This document shows positions 11,001 through 21,208 of a stretch of 64,000 nucleotides of DNA, piece after piece. Under the pieces are notes generated by a model. It saw only the letters and a list, made by a program, of their open reading frames with translations, ran no database searches and was not told the DNA's origin. A program made the translations under genes and the position numbers. This DNA comes from Rebecca billardiae RCC1528 (Eukaryota; Protista; Haptophyta): NCBI GenBank assembly GCA_965240325.2, contig OZ251231.1:186001-250000 (forward strand), written 5' to 3'. Positions within the stretch are counted from its first letter, which is position 1; every line of letters starts with the position of its first letter.

Positions 11001-11443
11001 TCACGTAGTGGGCGTAGCCCTTGAGGCGAAAGACTTATTGCGACTCCCAGGTGTGCGTCCAGTCATCAGCCTGCAGCAGGGCGCGCACGTGGCGTACGCG
11101 CGTGCATGTGAGCTTGGAGCAGAAAGTACGCGGGAAGTTGGGGCGCACGGGCGCCATGAATGCCATCGCACCTATCTGTTGTGACAGGCGCGATCCCCAG
11201 CTGCTCCTGCACCCGCGCAAACTCGATGGCAAACTTGGCGGGCCCCATCCCGTCGGCGAGCTTGCGCTCGAGGTCCTCCATCATTTCGGAGGGGTCCATG
11301 ATCGCCGGCGCTCCCAACGACGGGTTACCACCGCTCTTTTTCTGCGTCGGAGATGCGCCCGCCTCGGCCGCGGGAGCGGCCTCGCGCTCCTCCTCCACCG
11401 TGATGGCGGACTGTGTCGATGTGTGGCGCCCCGCAGCGGCCAT
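11001..11443 (-). CDS. Small hypothetical protein, probably 2 exons
   Basis: ATG at 11443 (MAAAGRH...EMMEDLERKLADGMGPAKFAIEFARVQEQLG). Candidate intron 11071-11171 (GTGCGA...CTGCAG); stop at 11001-11003. No family recognised. Confidence 0.4.
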
Positions 11444-11689
11444 GCTGTCAGTAACCGTTATGCGTATTGTTAGTACGCTGTACCGGACGCGCGCGGGTAA
11501 CTTCATCAAACTTGACGCAGTAGTTATTTTTGCCGAGCAGGTCCGAGCCACAACGACGACGGATCAGACCGCGCGGTTTTGAGCTGCACGTGCATTTCGC
11601 TGCGCGCTACTTTTTAGATCCGCGCAGGGACCGATGGCGACGGGACTATGATTCTGAGACAGCACCGCCCGCCGGAGAAGTCGGCACAG

Positions 11690-14152
11690 CTACTGCCGCC
11701 GCCGCCGCTCGCAGACGTATGCACGCAAGGTGAAGGCCGTCGCCTCAGCCGCAGTGCACGGCACGGCCGACCAGCCGCCCACGGTCCCGCCGGTGATCGC
11801 GCACTCGCCACCAGCCCGCGCGGGCTCGTCCGCCGCCCAGTTGGCGTAGCCGGCCGCCGCCCCTGCGCCATGGCCGACCGGCGCGCCCGCGGCCCACGCC
11901 CAGCCTCCGGCGCCGGCAGCCTCGGCGACGCGCGGCCGGCGCGAGTAGCCAATCCACGAGCCCATCGCCGCGGAGCGCTGCGCGCAGTACACGAAGCGGT
12001 CCTCGGTCGCGCTGCCGACGGCGACGAGCGCGCCGCCCTCCGCCCGGCACGCCTCGAGGGCCCCGCCCCACGAGCTCTGGCCAGGCCGCGCCGAGCCGCC
12101 CAGCCCCGAGAAGAGGTACTCCGACGTGCCGTTGGCGAAGGCCGGGCCGAGCCACTCGCCCGCGCGCACGCCGCCGCGTGGCAGCTGCTCGTCCAGCAGC
12201 GCCGCGCACGCGGCGCAGTCCGCCTCGGCGGGCGCGGACGCCCACGCGACCACCGTGGACACGGCGATCGCGTACGCCACCGCGAGCAGGGCCGCCCACG
12301 GCGCGAGTATGGGCGCGCGCTTGCCCGCGCGCGCCGAGGCGCGCCGGGCAGCGCCAGAGCCATCCGCGTGCGTCTGCAGCGCGAAGACGCGTGAGTGCGG
12401 CGAGCGCGGCAAACCCCATGCGCCCAGCCAGCCAGCGGCTCGGCGGCGCGCGGGCCGAGGCGGCGCGCTGCCGGCCGGTTGCTCGGTCGAGGGCTGGGCG
12501 GCTCGGCCGCCGGGCGCGCCGGCATCCGCGCGCTCGGCCGCCGCCGCGACCGAGGCAGAGCAGAGGCGCTGCGTGGAGGCGGCGGAGGACTCGCGCGACA
12601 GCGCTGTCGGCTGCGCGCCGCCGCCGCTGCCGCCGCCGGAGAGTGACGAGACTGAGATTGCAATCTGCGGGCACGCGCCGAGGGCATGCAGGTCGTCGAA
12701 GCCCTCCGAGGCGCCTCGCGCCCGCGGCGCGCGGTGCGCGCGCACCGAGAGCAGCAGCGCGCGCATCTCCCCGTTGAACGCCTCGAGCCCGCCGTCGCAC
12801 GCAGACTCGATGCATGCGAGCAACAGCGCTGAGTCGTACGCGTACTTGCAGCTGCAGCAGCGCACGTCGTACGAGGCGCTGTCGCGCTCGCGCTCGAAGC
12901 CGGGCAGCTCGTACAGCGTGATCGTGTCCGCGGCCGCGCCCATGCGCGTGCGGCAGAACACCTCGACCGTCGCCCACAGCCGGCGCAGGAAGGTCGGGCC
13001 CGCGAGGATCACAAACTCGTTGCACCCGGCGATGTAGCACGGCAGGTTGCCCACGTCCACCGCCGCGCGCGCCGACTCGACGCAGCACGTGTCGATCCAC
13101 ACGACGGGCTCGCGGCCGTGCGCGCGCACGAAGCGGCGCCGCCACGCCTGCAGCGCCGCCCAGCGCTCGGCCGGCGGGTCGTGGTGCGAGTGCGAGATGA
13201 ACGCGTCCACGCTCGCAAAGCCGGCGGGCGCGGACAGCGGGTACCACCTCGAGCGGTCGACTGCATACGCAAACGAGTCTGGCGTGAGCTTGTCCGCGCG
13301 CACGCCGCGCATGCGCGAGGCCGCGCTGTGCAGGACCGCGTCGATGCTCGCGCTGTGCAGGATCGCCGCGATGCCCGCCGCCGACGACATCAGCTCGCCG
13401 CGCGCGGCGAGCCAGCTGTGCACGCGCGCGCGCACGTCAGTGGCGAGGCCGATCACCCCGAGCGTGAGCGTGAGCGCGACCACGCACAGGTTGCCCGCAA
13501 AGTGCACCGTGCGGAAGACCGGCGGGGAGCCGCGCGCGAGGAAGAGCACCGAGTACGCGAGGCAGCCGCCGAGGCCGACGTACACAGCGGCGAGCGTGCG
13601 GTGCAGCCGGCGCAGCAGCATGCTCGGCCAGAGCCGGCCCCGGAGCGACTGAGCGACGCCGTGGGCCGCGCACACGCCCGCGCAGCCCCAGGCGAGTGTC
13701 AGCGCCTGCCACGGCACGAAGTCCGCGTAGATCGGCTCGGCCGCGCCGCACGTGGGCAGCCGGAAGCAGCGCAGCGCGGGCCGCAGCGCCATCGGCGAGA
13801 TCCAGCCGGCGAGCGCAAAGCTGAGCGCGGCCACGGCCGCGCCGGTGGCCTTGATGGCGCGGCTGTCCGACGGGAGGAGCGCGAGAAGGACGAGTGGGCT
13901 ACCGACGACCATCATCAGCAGGCCCGCAAGCCACGCCATCCGAGCCGCGCCCATGCGCCCCGAGGCCGACACGATGACCATCGCGCCGCCAGCGAGCACC
14001 AGGCACGCGCCGAGCACGAGCGGCGGCGCGGAGAGCCGGAGCCGGCGCTGGCGCGCAGTGCGCCGCGCCGCGATGAGCTGGTCGCCCATGCGCTGCGCCA
14101 CGAGGACGCGCTCCATGAGCATGTCGTCGCTCGGCTCGTCGGGCGCCGCCAT
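11690..14152 (-). CDS. Multi-pass membrane protein: ~6 TM + TIR/HET-like domain + TM + C-type lectin domain (paralog 1)
   Basis: Six hydrophobic segments; then DAFISHSH.D, WIDTCC and LPCYIAGCNEFVILAGPTFLRRLWATVEVF; a seventh TM (WAALLAVAYAIAVSTVVAW); CTLD motifs SWGGALEAC, WIGY, YANWAADEP, GECA, W..VPC, YVCE. Confidence 0.85.
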   Translation of the reverse strand: MAAPDEPSDDMLMERVLVAQRMGDQLIAARRTARQRRLRLSAPPLVLGACLVLAGGAMVIVSASGRMGAARMAWLAGLLMMVVGSPLVLLALLPSDSRAIKATGAAVAALSFALAGWISPMALRPALRCFRLPTCGAAEPIYADFVPWQALTLAWGCAGVCAAHGVAQSLRGRLWPSMLLRRLHRTLAAVYVGLGGCLAYSVLFLARGSPPVFRTVHFAGNLCVVALTLTLGVIGLATDVRARVHSWLAARGELMSSAAGIAAILHSASIDAVLHSAASRMRGVRADKLTPDSFAYAVDRSRWYPLSAPAGFASVDAFISHSHHDPPAERWAALQAWRRRFVRAHGREPVVWIDTCCVESARAAVDVGNLPCYIAGCNEFVILAGPTFLRRLWATVEVFCRTRMGAAADTITLYELPGFERERDSASYDVRCCSCKYAYDSALLLACIESACDGGLEAFNGEMRALLLSVRAHRAPRARGASEGFDDLHALGACPQIAISVSSLSGGGSGGGAQPTALSRESSAASTQRLCSASVAAAAERADAGAPGGRAAQPSTEQPAGSAPPRPARRRAAGWLGAWGLPRSPHSRVFALQTHADGSGAARRASARAGKRAPILAPWAALLAVAYAIAVSTVVAWASAPAEADCAACAALLDEQLPRGGVRAGEWLGPAFANGTSEYLFSGLGGSARPGQSSWGGALEACRAEGGALVAVGSATEDRFVYCAQRSAAMGSWIGYSRRPRVAEAAGAGGWAWAAGAPVGHGAGAAAGYANWAADEPARAGGECAITGGTVGGWSAVPCTAAEATAFTLRAYVCERRRRQ

Positions 14153-14315
14153 TGGAGTCCGGGCCGCGCGCGCCGCGTGGTCGTGGCTGTCGAGTGTGCC
14201 TTGGCGGTCGCCTCACTCGCCTCGCCCGCGCGGCGGGCCTTTGCTCGGCCTTTTCAAGATTCAGATTCCCGTGCCGAGCGAACCTCGCGGCGCGGCGCCC
14301 CTGGCCACCGCCGGG

Positions 14316-16040
14316 ATGGCGGCCTCGCGGCCTGCTGCCAGCAGGCGAGGCCTCCCATGCTCATCGCGGCGGCCCATGCTCATCGCGGCGGCGCTCGCCG
14401 CCGCCATCGCGCGAGAGGTGCCGCGGCCTCAGCCGACGCACGCCGACGACGCGATGCTCGGCCGGGCGACGCTGTACGCCAACCCCTCCGACCCGGGCTG
14501 GGCGCAGCTGTGGCAGCGGCTGGACGCCGGTCTGCCGATCAGCGCGCTCGCGTTCGGCTCGTCCGTGACCGCGACGCAGGGCGGCTGCTCGCACTCGGTC
14601 GTGCCCTGGTGCGACGCGTGCTGCGGCGCGCGCAACTACGGCCACCCCGCCACGCGCGGCTGGGGCTGGCTCCGCCAGGCGTTCGACTGGCTGAACGACA
14701 CGTGGCCGCACCGCGACAACCGCCTCTTCAACGCGGGCAAGGCGTCCACGCCGCTCGGCGGCTTCTCGGAGTGCCTGCGCGCGTGGCTGCCGGCGCCCGT
14801 GGACCTGTGGATCCTCGAGCTCGGCGTCATCCCGAACCGCGCCCAAGACGCCGAGCGCCTCGTGCGCGTCCTCCGCTCGCTGCCCGGGAGCGGCGGCACC
14901 GGGCCGCCCGCGGTCCTGCTCGTGGCGCTGTACGACTGGTGCTCGGACAGGGCGCGAATGCACGTGCGGCCGTGCCCGACGGCGGCGCAGCAGCACGCGG
15001 ACGCGCTGCCCGGCGTCGCCGGTGGCTTCCGCGTCCCGCTCGAGCTCGTGCACGCCAAGCGCTCCGGCGACGACACCGCCGCCACGCTCGCGCGCTACTA
15101 CGGGCTGAGAGCCATCTCGATGCACGACGCGTGGTGGCCGGCGCTGTGGCGCGCCGGCGTGCGGGGCGACGACGCGGTGCGCGGGCCGCGGCTGGGCGAG
15201 CTGACGACCGACGGCGTGCACCCCACGCGCGTCGGCATCGCGATGCTCGCCGACTTACTCCGCGACTCGCTGTGGCAGTCGTACAGCAGCTGGCGCTGGT
15301 GCACGCGGCTGGGCGCGCACGGCGGGCGGGCGGCGCGCTCCGCCGCGCTCCCGCCGCCGATCACGCCCAATCTGAGCGCGCACACGTCGCTCGCGTGCTA
15401 CGGCTTCGACGTGAACCAGCTCGCGCGCGCGCGCAGCGCAAAGGGCGGCGACGTGTACGCCGTGGGCCGGGGCGGCGAGGGCAACCTGCTGGCCCAGCTG
15501 CTGCCCGGCAGGGCCGGCGCGGCGGGCACGGGCGCGGAGCGTGACGGGTGGCGCATTGTCGAGCGCGAGCGCGCGTCTCGCACGCAGCTCAAGCCCGGCC
15601 TGGTGGCGGAGCAGGTGGGCGCCGTCGCGCGGCTGCAGCTGCTGCCCGTCTCACAGCACGCCCTCACCGCGCGCCGCGCCCAGCGGCCCGGCCCGAGCGC
15701 GGCCGCGCTCGGGGGCGCCGATCCGTCCGGCGCCGGCCTCAGCCACCCGTACGTCACGCTCAGCTACCTGCAGTCGTACGAGCACATGGGCGTCGCGCGC
15801 GCCGCGTGCGAAGGCGCGTGCTCGTGCGCGTCGGTCGAGCTCGACGGCCACTCCGCCGCGCACCGCATCTCGTACACGGTCTCGACCACGCTGAGCAATG
15901 TGTCGCTCGACCGCGCTCGGCTGCGCGCGGGCTGGCCGTGCGTGCTGCGCCTCGAGGTGCTCGCGCGCTCCAGCTCCGGAGGAGGCGGCCACCGCTTCAA
16001 GCTGATGCAGGTGGTCGTCGGCGACAGAGAGCACGCCTGA
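14316..16040 (+). CDS. SGNH/GDSL hydrolase-like protein (algal type)
   Basis: Block I AFGSSVT, block II FNAGKAST, block III VDLWILELG and block V DGVHP. C-terminal beta domain with LSYLQSYEHMG.A...C...CSC. N-terminal hydrophobic stretch. Confidence 0.75.
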   Translation: MAASRPAASRRGLPCSSRRPMLIAAALAAAIAREVPRPQPTHADDAMLGRATLYANPSDPGWAQLWQRLDAGLPISALAFGSSVTATQGGCSHSVVPWCDACCGARNYGHPATRGWGWLRQAFDWLNDTWPHRDNRLFNAGKASTPLGGFSECLRAWLPAPVDLWILELGVIPNRAQDAERLVRVLRSLPGSGGTGPPAVLLVALYDWCSDRARMHVRPCPTAAQQHADALPGVAGGFRVPLELVHAKRSGDDTAATLARYYGLRAISMHDAWWPALWRAGVRGDDAVRGPRLGELTTDGVHPTRVGIAMLADLLRDSLWQSYSSWRWCTRLGAHGGRAARSAALPPPITPNLSAHTSLACYGFDVNQLARARSAKGGDVYAVGRGGEGNLLAQLLPGRAGAAGTGAERDGWRIVERERASRTQLKPGLVAEQVGAVARLQLLPVSQHALTARRAQRPGPSAAALGGADPSGAGLSHPYVTLSYLQSYEHMGVARAACEGACSCASVELDGHSAAHRISYTVSTTLSNVSLDRARLRAGWPCVLRLEVLARSSSGGGGHRFKLMQVVVGDREHA

Positions 16041-16837
16041 CCCGCGATTGAATCGGCGGACGACGAGGAGCAAAAAGGATGGCGGTCAGAATCGGCGCGA
16101 GATTCCCATCTCTACCTCTGCTACATGATTACGAAAGTTGTTTTCGGTTCGATATTCGTATGTGCGCTGACCCATTATATATATATATATATATATAATT
16201 TAACGACACAGGTAGGACGACGCGGGTCTCCTGATTCGTCGGCGGCAGTGCCCGTGAAATCGGGAAGATTCATTTCATCATCACGATGCGGCCGTGATAT
16301 TGATGTTCGAATGCCCCCGCTATCCTGAGTGATGATACGACCATCGCACAGTCATGACGATGACATTCTAGATCGCTTTTTGCCGATTCACCGAATCGGA
16401 TCCTTGCTGCAAGACAGTATGCCGTTGATGAGCACCAGTGATTATGCGCTCAATTCTCACGATTCCTTGCCAATATATTCTGATTCGCCGACCATGAAAG
16501 CGCTCGCGTCAGATGCGTCAGGAGGTCTTGAGAGGGAATCTGTCGCACCGATCATATGTGGGTGTCGGCGGCGCTCAACTTCTGGGAGTAAACATCATTA
16601 GGGAGTTGGCGCGAGCTTATTTCATCAGGCGCATATGATTGTAGTCGCCGTTATTGCCCGGGCGGCCCGGTCAGTTCAAGCCTTCAAGGGGTAAAATCCC
16701 ATACCCATCAAATAGTCATGTAATGGGGCGCGCGGGTAAAATTCCGCCGCGCGCTTCACGCGGAGGGTGGATGCGAGCCTCCCCTGCACACGAAGAATCA
16801 TCATCACATCATCAACCACTACAGGGGGTGGCGGCAC

Positions 16838-19345
16838 ATGGACGAGGAAAGAGGAGACGACGTGGATGCGGCCTGGGGTCCGCTCGGAGAGCTGCTCGGA
16901 TCAGCGCGCCGCACCGCACGCAAACGCCGGCTCGTGCTCTCCGGGCCGCCCCTCGCTCTCGGCCTACTTCTCGTGGCCGCGGGCGGCGTGACGCTCTATT
17001 CGTCGGCGAACGCGATCGCGAGCGCAACGTGGCAAGCGGGGGTGATGATGCTTGTGGCCGGGTTCCCGCTGGTGCTGCTCGGGCTACTCCCGTCGGACAC
17101 CCGGCTCATCCAGGCGGCCGGTGCCGTCATCGCCGCCTCAGCCCTGGCGCTCACAGTTTGGGCCGTGCGCTTTGCGGACGCATTCGCGAGCGTGGGCTTT
17201 CGCGCGCCCGCCTGCAGCGCGACGGACGTGATCTACTCCGACTTCGTGCTGTGGCAGGCGCTCGCGGTCGCGTATGCGCTCACTGCCGTGTACATAGCGC
17301 AAGGCGTCGTGCAGGCGCTGCGGGGCCGGCTCTGGTCGAGCGCGCTGCTGCAGCGGCTGCACCGCGCGATCGCGCTCAACTACCTTTTCTTCGGCCTCCT
17401 GCTCGTGTGGGTGACCGTGCACCTCACGGTGCGCTCGCCGCCCGTGTTCCATACGGTGCACTGGGTGGGGAACGTCCTCACGTGCGCGCTCGTCACCGCG
17501 ATCGGCGCGCTTCAGCTCCTGACCGACGTGCGCGCGCGCGTGCACAGCTGGCTCGCCGCGCGCGGCGAGCTGATGTCGTCGTCGGCGAGCATCGCGGCGA
17601 TCCTGCACGGCGCGAGCATCGAGGCGGTCCTGCGTAGCGCGGCGTCGCGCATGCGCGGCGTGCGCGCGGACAAGCTCGACCCCTCCGTCTTCGCCCCCGA
17701 GCGCGCGCACAACCTCCGCGCCCTCTCCGCGCCCGCCGGCTTCGCGAGCGTGGACGCGTTCATATCGCACTCCCACCTGGATGAACCCGCGCCCAAGTGG
17801 GCGGCGCTGCAGGCGTGGCGGCGCCGCTTCGTGCGCGCGCACGGCCGCGAGCCCGTCGTGTGGATCGACACGTGCTGCGTCGAGTCGGCGCGCGCGGCGG
17901 TGGACGTGGGCAACCTGCCGTGCTACATCGCCGGGTGCAACGAGTTTGTGATCCTCGCGGGCCCGACCTTCCTGCGCCGGCTGTGGGCGACGGTCGAGGT
18001 GTTCTGCCGCACGCGCATGGGCGCGGCCGCGGACACGATCACGCTGTACGAGCTGCCCGGCTTCGAGCGCGAGCGCGACAGCGCGTCATACGACGTGCGC
18101 GCGTGCACGTGCACGTACCGCGACGACTACTTCGCCCTGCTCGCGTGCATCGAGTCCGCGTGCGACGGCGGGCTCGAGGCGTTCAACCGGGAGATGCGCG
18201 CGCTGCTGCTCTCGGCGCGCGCGCACCGCGCGCCGCCGGTCGGAGGCGAGGGGCTGGAGGGCTTCGACGACCTGCACGAGCTCGGGGGCTGGCCGCAGGT
18301 TGTGCTCGACGTGGCCATTGCCGGCGGCGTCGCGCAGTCGGCCGCACGAGCGGCGGGCCGCGCGCCTCCGCCGCCGCACACGCCAGCGCCCCGCGCGGGC
18401 GCGATGGACGCGGCCGAGGGCGCCGGCGGCACCCGCTCCGCCCAGGTCTCGCCGGCGTCGCCGACGATAGGTGCGGGGGGCATCGAGTTGGCGCCATTGT
18501 CGCCCGCCCACTCGGACGACGATGGCTCGGGGCGCTCTTCGGGACGGCGCGTCCCGCACCACGTGCCGGGCCCCGCACACGACAGCGAGGCGGCCTTGCA
18601 GGAGCTGTCTGAGGGGCTGGCGCGCGCGTCGCGGGCTCTCAACGCCGCGCCGCACGCGCGCGGCCCGAGCACCGCCTACTCGCCGCGCGCTGCAGGCAGG
18701 CCGTGGCGCATCCACGCGCGCGTGTGCGGAGCAGCGTTGGCGCTCGCGGTGGCGTACGCGATCGCCGTGTCCACGGTGGTCGCGTGGGCGTCCGCGCCCG
18801 CCGAGGCGGACTGCGCCGCGTGCGCGGCGCTGCTGGACGAGCAGCTGCCACGCGGCGGCGTGCGCGCGGGCGAGTGGCTCGGCCCGGCCTTCGCCAACGG
18901 CACGTCGGAGTACCTCTTCTCGGGGCTGGGCGGCTCGGCGCGGCCCGGCCAGAGCTCGTGGGGCGGGGCCCTCGAGGCGTGCCGGGCGGAGGGCGGCGCG
19001 CTCGTCGCCGTCGGCAGCGCGACCGAGGACCGCTTCGTGTACTGCGCGCAGCGCCTCGCGGCGATGGGCTCGTGGATTGGCTACTCGCGCCGGCCGCGCG
19101 GCGCCGAGGCCGCCGGCGCCGGAGGCTGGGCGTGGGCCGCGGGCGCGCCGGTCGGCCATGGCGCAGGGGCGGCGGCCGGCTACGCCAACTGGGCGGCGGA
19201 CGAGCCCGCGCGGGCTGGTGGCGAGTGCGCGATCACTGGCGGGACCGTGGGCGGCTGGTCGGCCGTGCCGTGCGCGGCAGCTGAAGCCACGGCCACGACC
19301 CTGCACGCGTACGTCTGCGAGCGTCGCGCCAGAGGCCACGAATAA
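16838..19345 (+). CDS. Multi-pass membrane protein: ~6 TM + TIR/HET-like domain + TM + C-type lectin domain (paralog 2)
   Basis: Same architecture as 11690-14152; the TIR-like and lectin domains are nearly identical at DNA level. Confidence 0.85.
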   Translation: MDEERGDDVDAAWGPLGELLGSARRTARKRRLVLSGPPLALGLLLVAAGGVTLYSSANAIASATWQAGVMMLVAGFPLVLLGLLPSDTRLIQAAGAVIAASALALTVWAVRFADAFASVGFRAPACSATDVIYSDFVLWQALAVAYALTAVYIAQGVVQALRGRLWSSALLQRLHRAIALNYLFFGLLLVWVTVHLTVRSPPVFHTVHWVGNVLTCALVTAIGALQLLTDVRARVHSWLAARGELMSSSASIAAILHGASIEAVLRSAASRMRGVRADKLDPSVFAPERAHNLRALSAPAGFASVDAFISHSHLDEPAPKWAALQAWRRRFVRAHGREPVVWIDTCCVESARAAVDVGNLPCYIAGCNEFVILAGPTFLRRLWATVEVFCRTRMGAAADTITLYELPGFERERDSASYDVRACTCTYRDDYFALLACIESACDGGLEAFNREMRALLLSARAHRAPPVGGEGLEGFDDLHELGGWPQVVLDVAIAGGVAQSAARAAGRAPPPPHTPAPRAGAMDAAEGAGGTRSAQVSPASPTIGAGGIELAPLSPAHSDDDGSGRSSGRRVPHHVPGPAHDSEAALQELSEGLARASRALNAAPHARGPSTAYSPRAAGRPWRIHARVCGAALALAVAYAIAVSTVVAWASAPAEADCAACAALLDEQLPRGGVRAGEWLGPAFANGTSEYLFSGLGGSARPGQSSWGGALEACRAEGGALVAVGSATEDRFVYCAQRLAAMGSWIGYSRRPRGAEAAGAGGWAWAAGAPVGHGAGAAAGYANWAADEPARAGGECAITGGTVGGWSAVPCAAAEATATTLHAYVCERRARGHE

Positions 19346-19423
19346 CACGGACGACGGCGCTGGCTGCCCAACAGGCGGTGCCAGGCCCCGAGTGACGTCA
19401 CAGCTGACTGTGATGAGCAGTCG

Positions 19424-19446
19424 TCTCTCTCTCTCTCTCTCTCTCT
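19424..19446. repeat. (CT)n microsatellite
   Basis: Run of CT dinucleotides directly abutting a transposon end. Confidence 0.8.
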
Positions 19447-19653
19447 ATGGCGGGCCGTAGGTCCGCCGGCCTTGTAGTTGTAGTGCCCGGGCGGAAATGA
19501 AGATGATATGATATTAGATATATTGATATATATATATATGAAAAAGCAGGAAAATAAAAAGCAGAGGATCGCCTCGCAAAGATCGAATGAAATTAAGAAA
19601 ATCGCCTTGCTCCAAGGGAGATAGCCGTAAACGAGGGTCGGGCAAGCCACTGT

Positions 19654-20781
19654 CAAGGGCGGTAAGGGCTGTCAACTCCCAGTGGCGGCGTGGCAGAGGT
19701 TGGTCGCCGCTTCGCTGCTGCGCGGCCTCGCTCCAGCGACTAACTCTCGTGGGCGCCCGCCCCGGGGGGCGAGTGGGGCGCGCACGGCGCGAGCTCCTGT
19801 GGCCGTGTACGCGCGCGCGGAGGCGGCGCGCGTGGCTGGGCAGATGCTAAGGAGTGTATGTCGCCCTCCCACGCCGCGCGCCTTGCTCGCCGCCGCTTTC
19901 GCCGCGCCTCAGGCCAGCGCGCACGCGTGCGCCGCCTCCAGAGCCAGCCTCGGGCAATCGGCAGCCGCCCGCGCATGTGTGGTGCGCGGTCTGGTCGGCG
20001 CGAGTCGGTCGGGGCCATCGGGCGAGGCTCGCATACTACAGACGCGCGCCATGCTGCCTCGCGCCGCCGCGCGTGGGTTGTCATGGGTCGACACGCAAGC
20101 ATCTTAGGTCTGACACGAACTGCAGCACGAATGCGAAAATGCTCATGTTTGGACGCTCATGGAGACGCTGGAGAGCACAATAGACGCGCGCAGGCGATGA
20201 AGAGCGGGGCAATGCACTCATAGGACGCCGTACACGCGCCCAATGCGGCCGCCTATCACGCGCATGTGCGCTCACTGTCACGTATTCGAGCTCATTTCTG
20301 CTTGTCGTGCATTCATCGATCAGCTTCCTTCAACAGCTTCACGGGATGGGACCGGGCCCATGCGCGGCGGCGCGAGGCAGCATGGCGCGCGTCTATAGTA
20401 TGCGAGCCTCGCCCGATGGCCCCGACCGACTCGCGCCGACCAGACCGCGCACCACACATGCGCGGGCGGCTGCCGATTGCCCGAGGCTGGCTCTGGAGGC
20501 GGCGCACGCGTGCGCGCTGGCCTGAGGCGCGGCGAAAGCGGCGGCGAGCAAGGCGCGCGGCGTGGGAGGGCGACATACACTCCTTAGCACCTGCCCAGCC
20601 ACGCGCGCCGCCTCCGCGCGCGCGTACACGGCCACAGGAGCTCGCGCCGTGCGCGCCCCACTCGCCCCCCGGGGCGGGCGCCCACGAGAGTTAGTCGCTG
20701 GAGCGAGGCCGCGCAGCAGCGAAGCGGCGACCAACCTCTGCCACCGCCGCCACTGGGAGTTGACAGCCCTTACCGCCCTTG
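19654..20781. mobile_element. Foldback (Galileo/P-like) element with ~420-bp TIRs, nested inside the outer element
   Basis: Arms ~19654-20077 and ~20357-20781 are near-perfect inverted repeats beginning CAAGGGCGGTAAGGG; 7-bp TSD CCACTGT (19647-53 / 20782-88). Confidence 0.9.
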
Positions 20782-21208
20782 CCACTGTGAACCTTGGCCC
20801 CGTGCGATGTGTGCGCCCGGATCCGGCGTATTTGTTTTTCCGTTCCGGGTACCCATTTTGTATATGACAAATACGACGCGCAAGAATACGTTATGCCCCT
20901 CTTCTGCAGCTGCGCGCCGCTTGGCCGGCGCGCGGCGACGCGCACCGTACGACCTCATCCTCGTCCAGGCGCCCACGCGGGCGCACGGGGGCGACAGCCG
21001 CGGCTGCCGCTTGCCGGAGCTGCTCGCCGCTAGGTCGGCGGGCGGCGACATCGACTACGACCTCACCCTCATCCAAGTGCTCCGGAAGGCGCTCGGCCGC
21101 GGCGGCATCTGCCGTCGCCGCCGCGTGCCCCAGGCCGAGGCGGTGCTCCATCCCGGCCCCGCTCCCGTAGGGGGGCAGGGCTGCGGGTGGCGCACTGTCT
21201 GACCTGGT

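Noticed and set aside
16689-16745. NF-kB-like sites upstream of a TIR-type receptor
   Set aside because: The spacing does not fit the 10-bp kB consensus and Rel proteins are not expected in this lineage; kept only as an anonymous motif.
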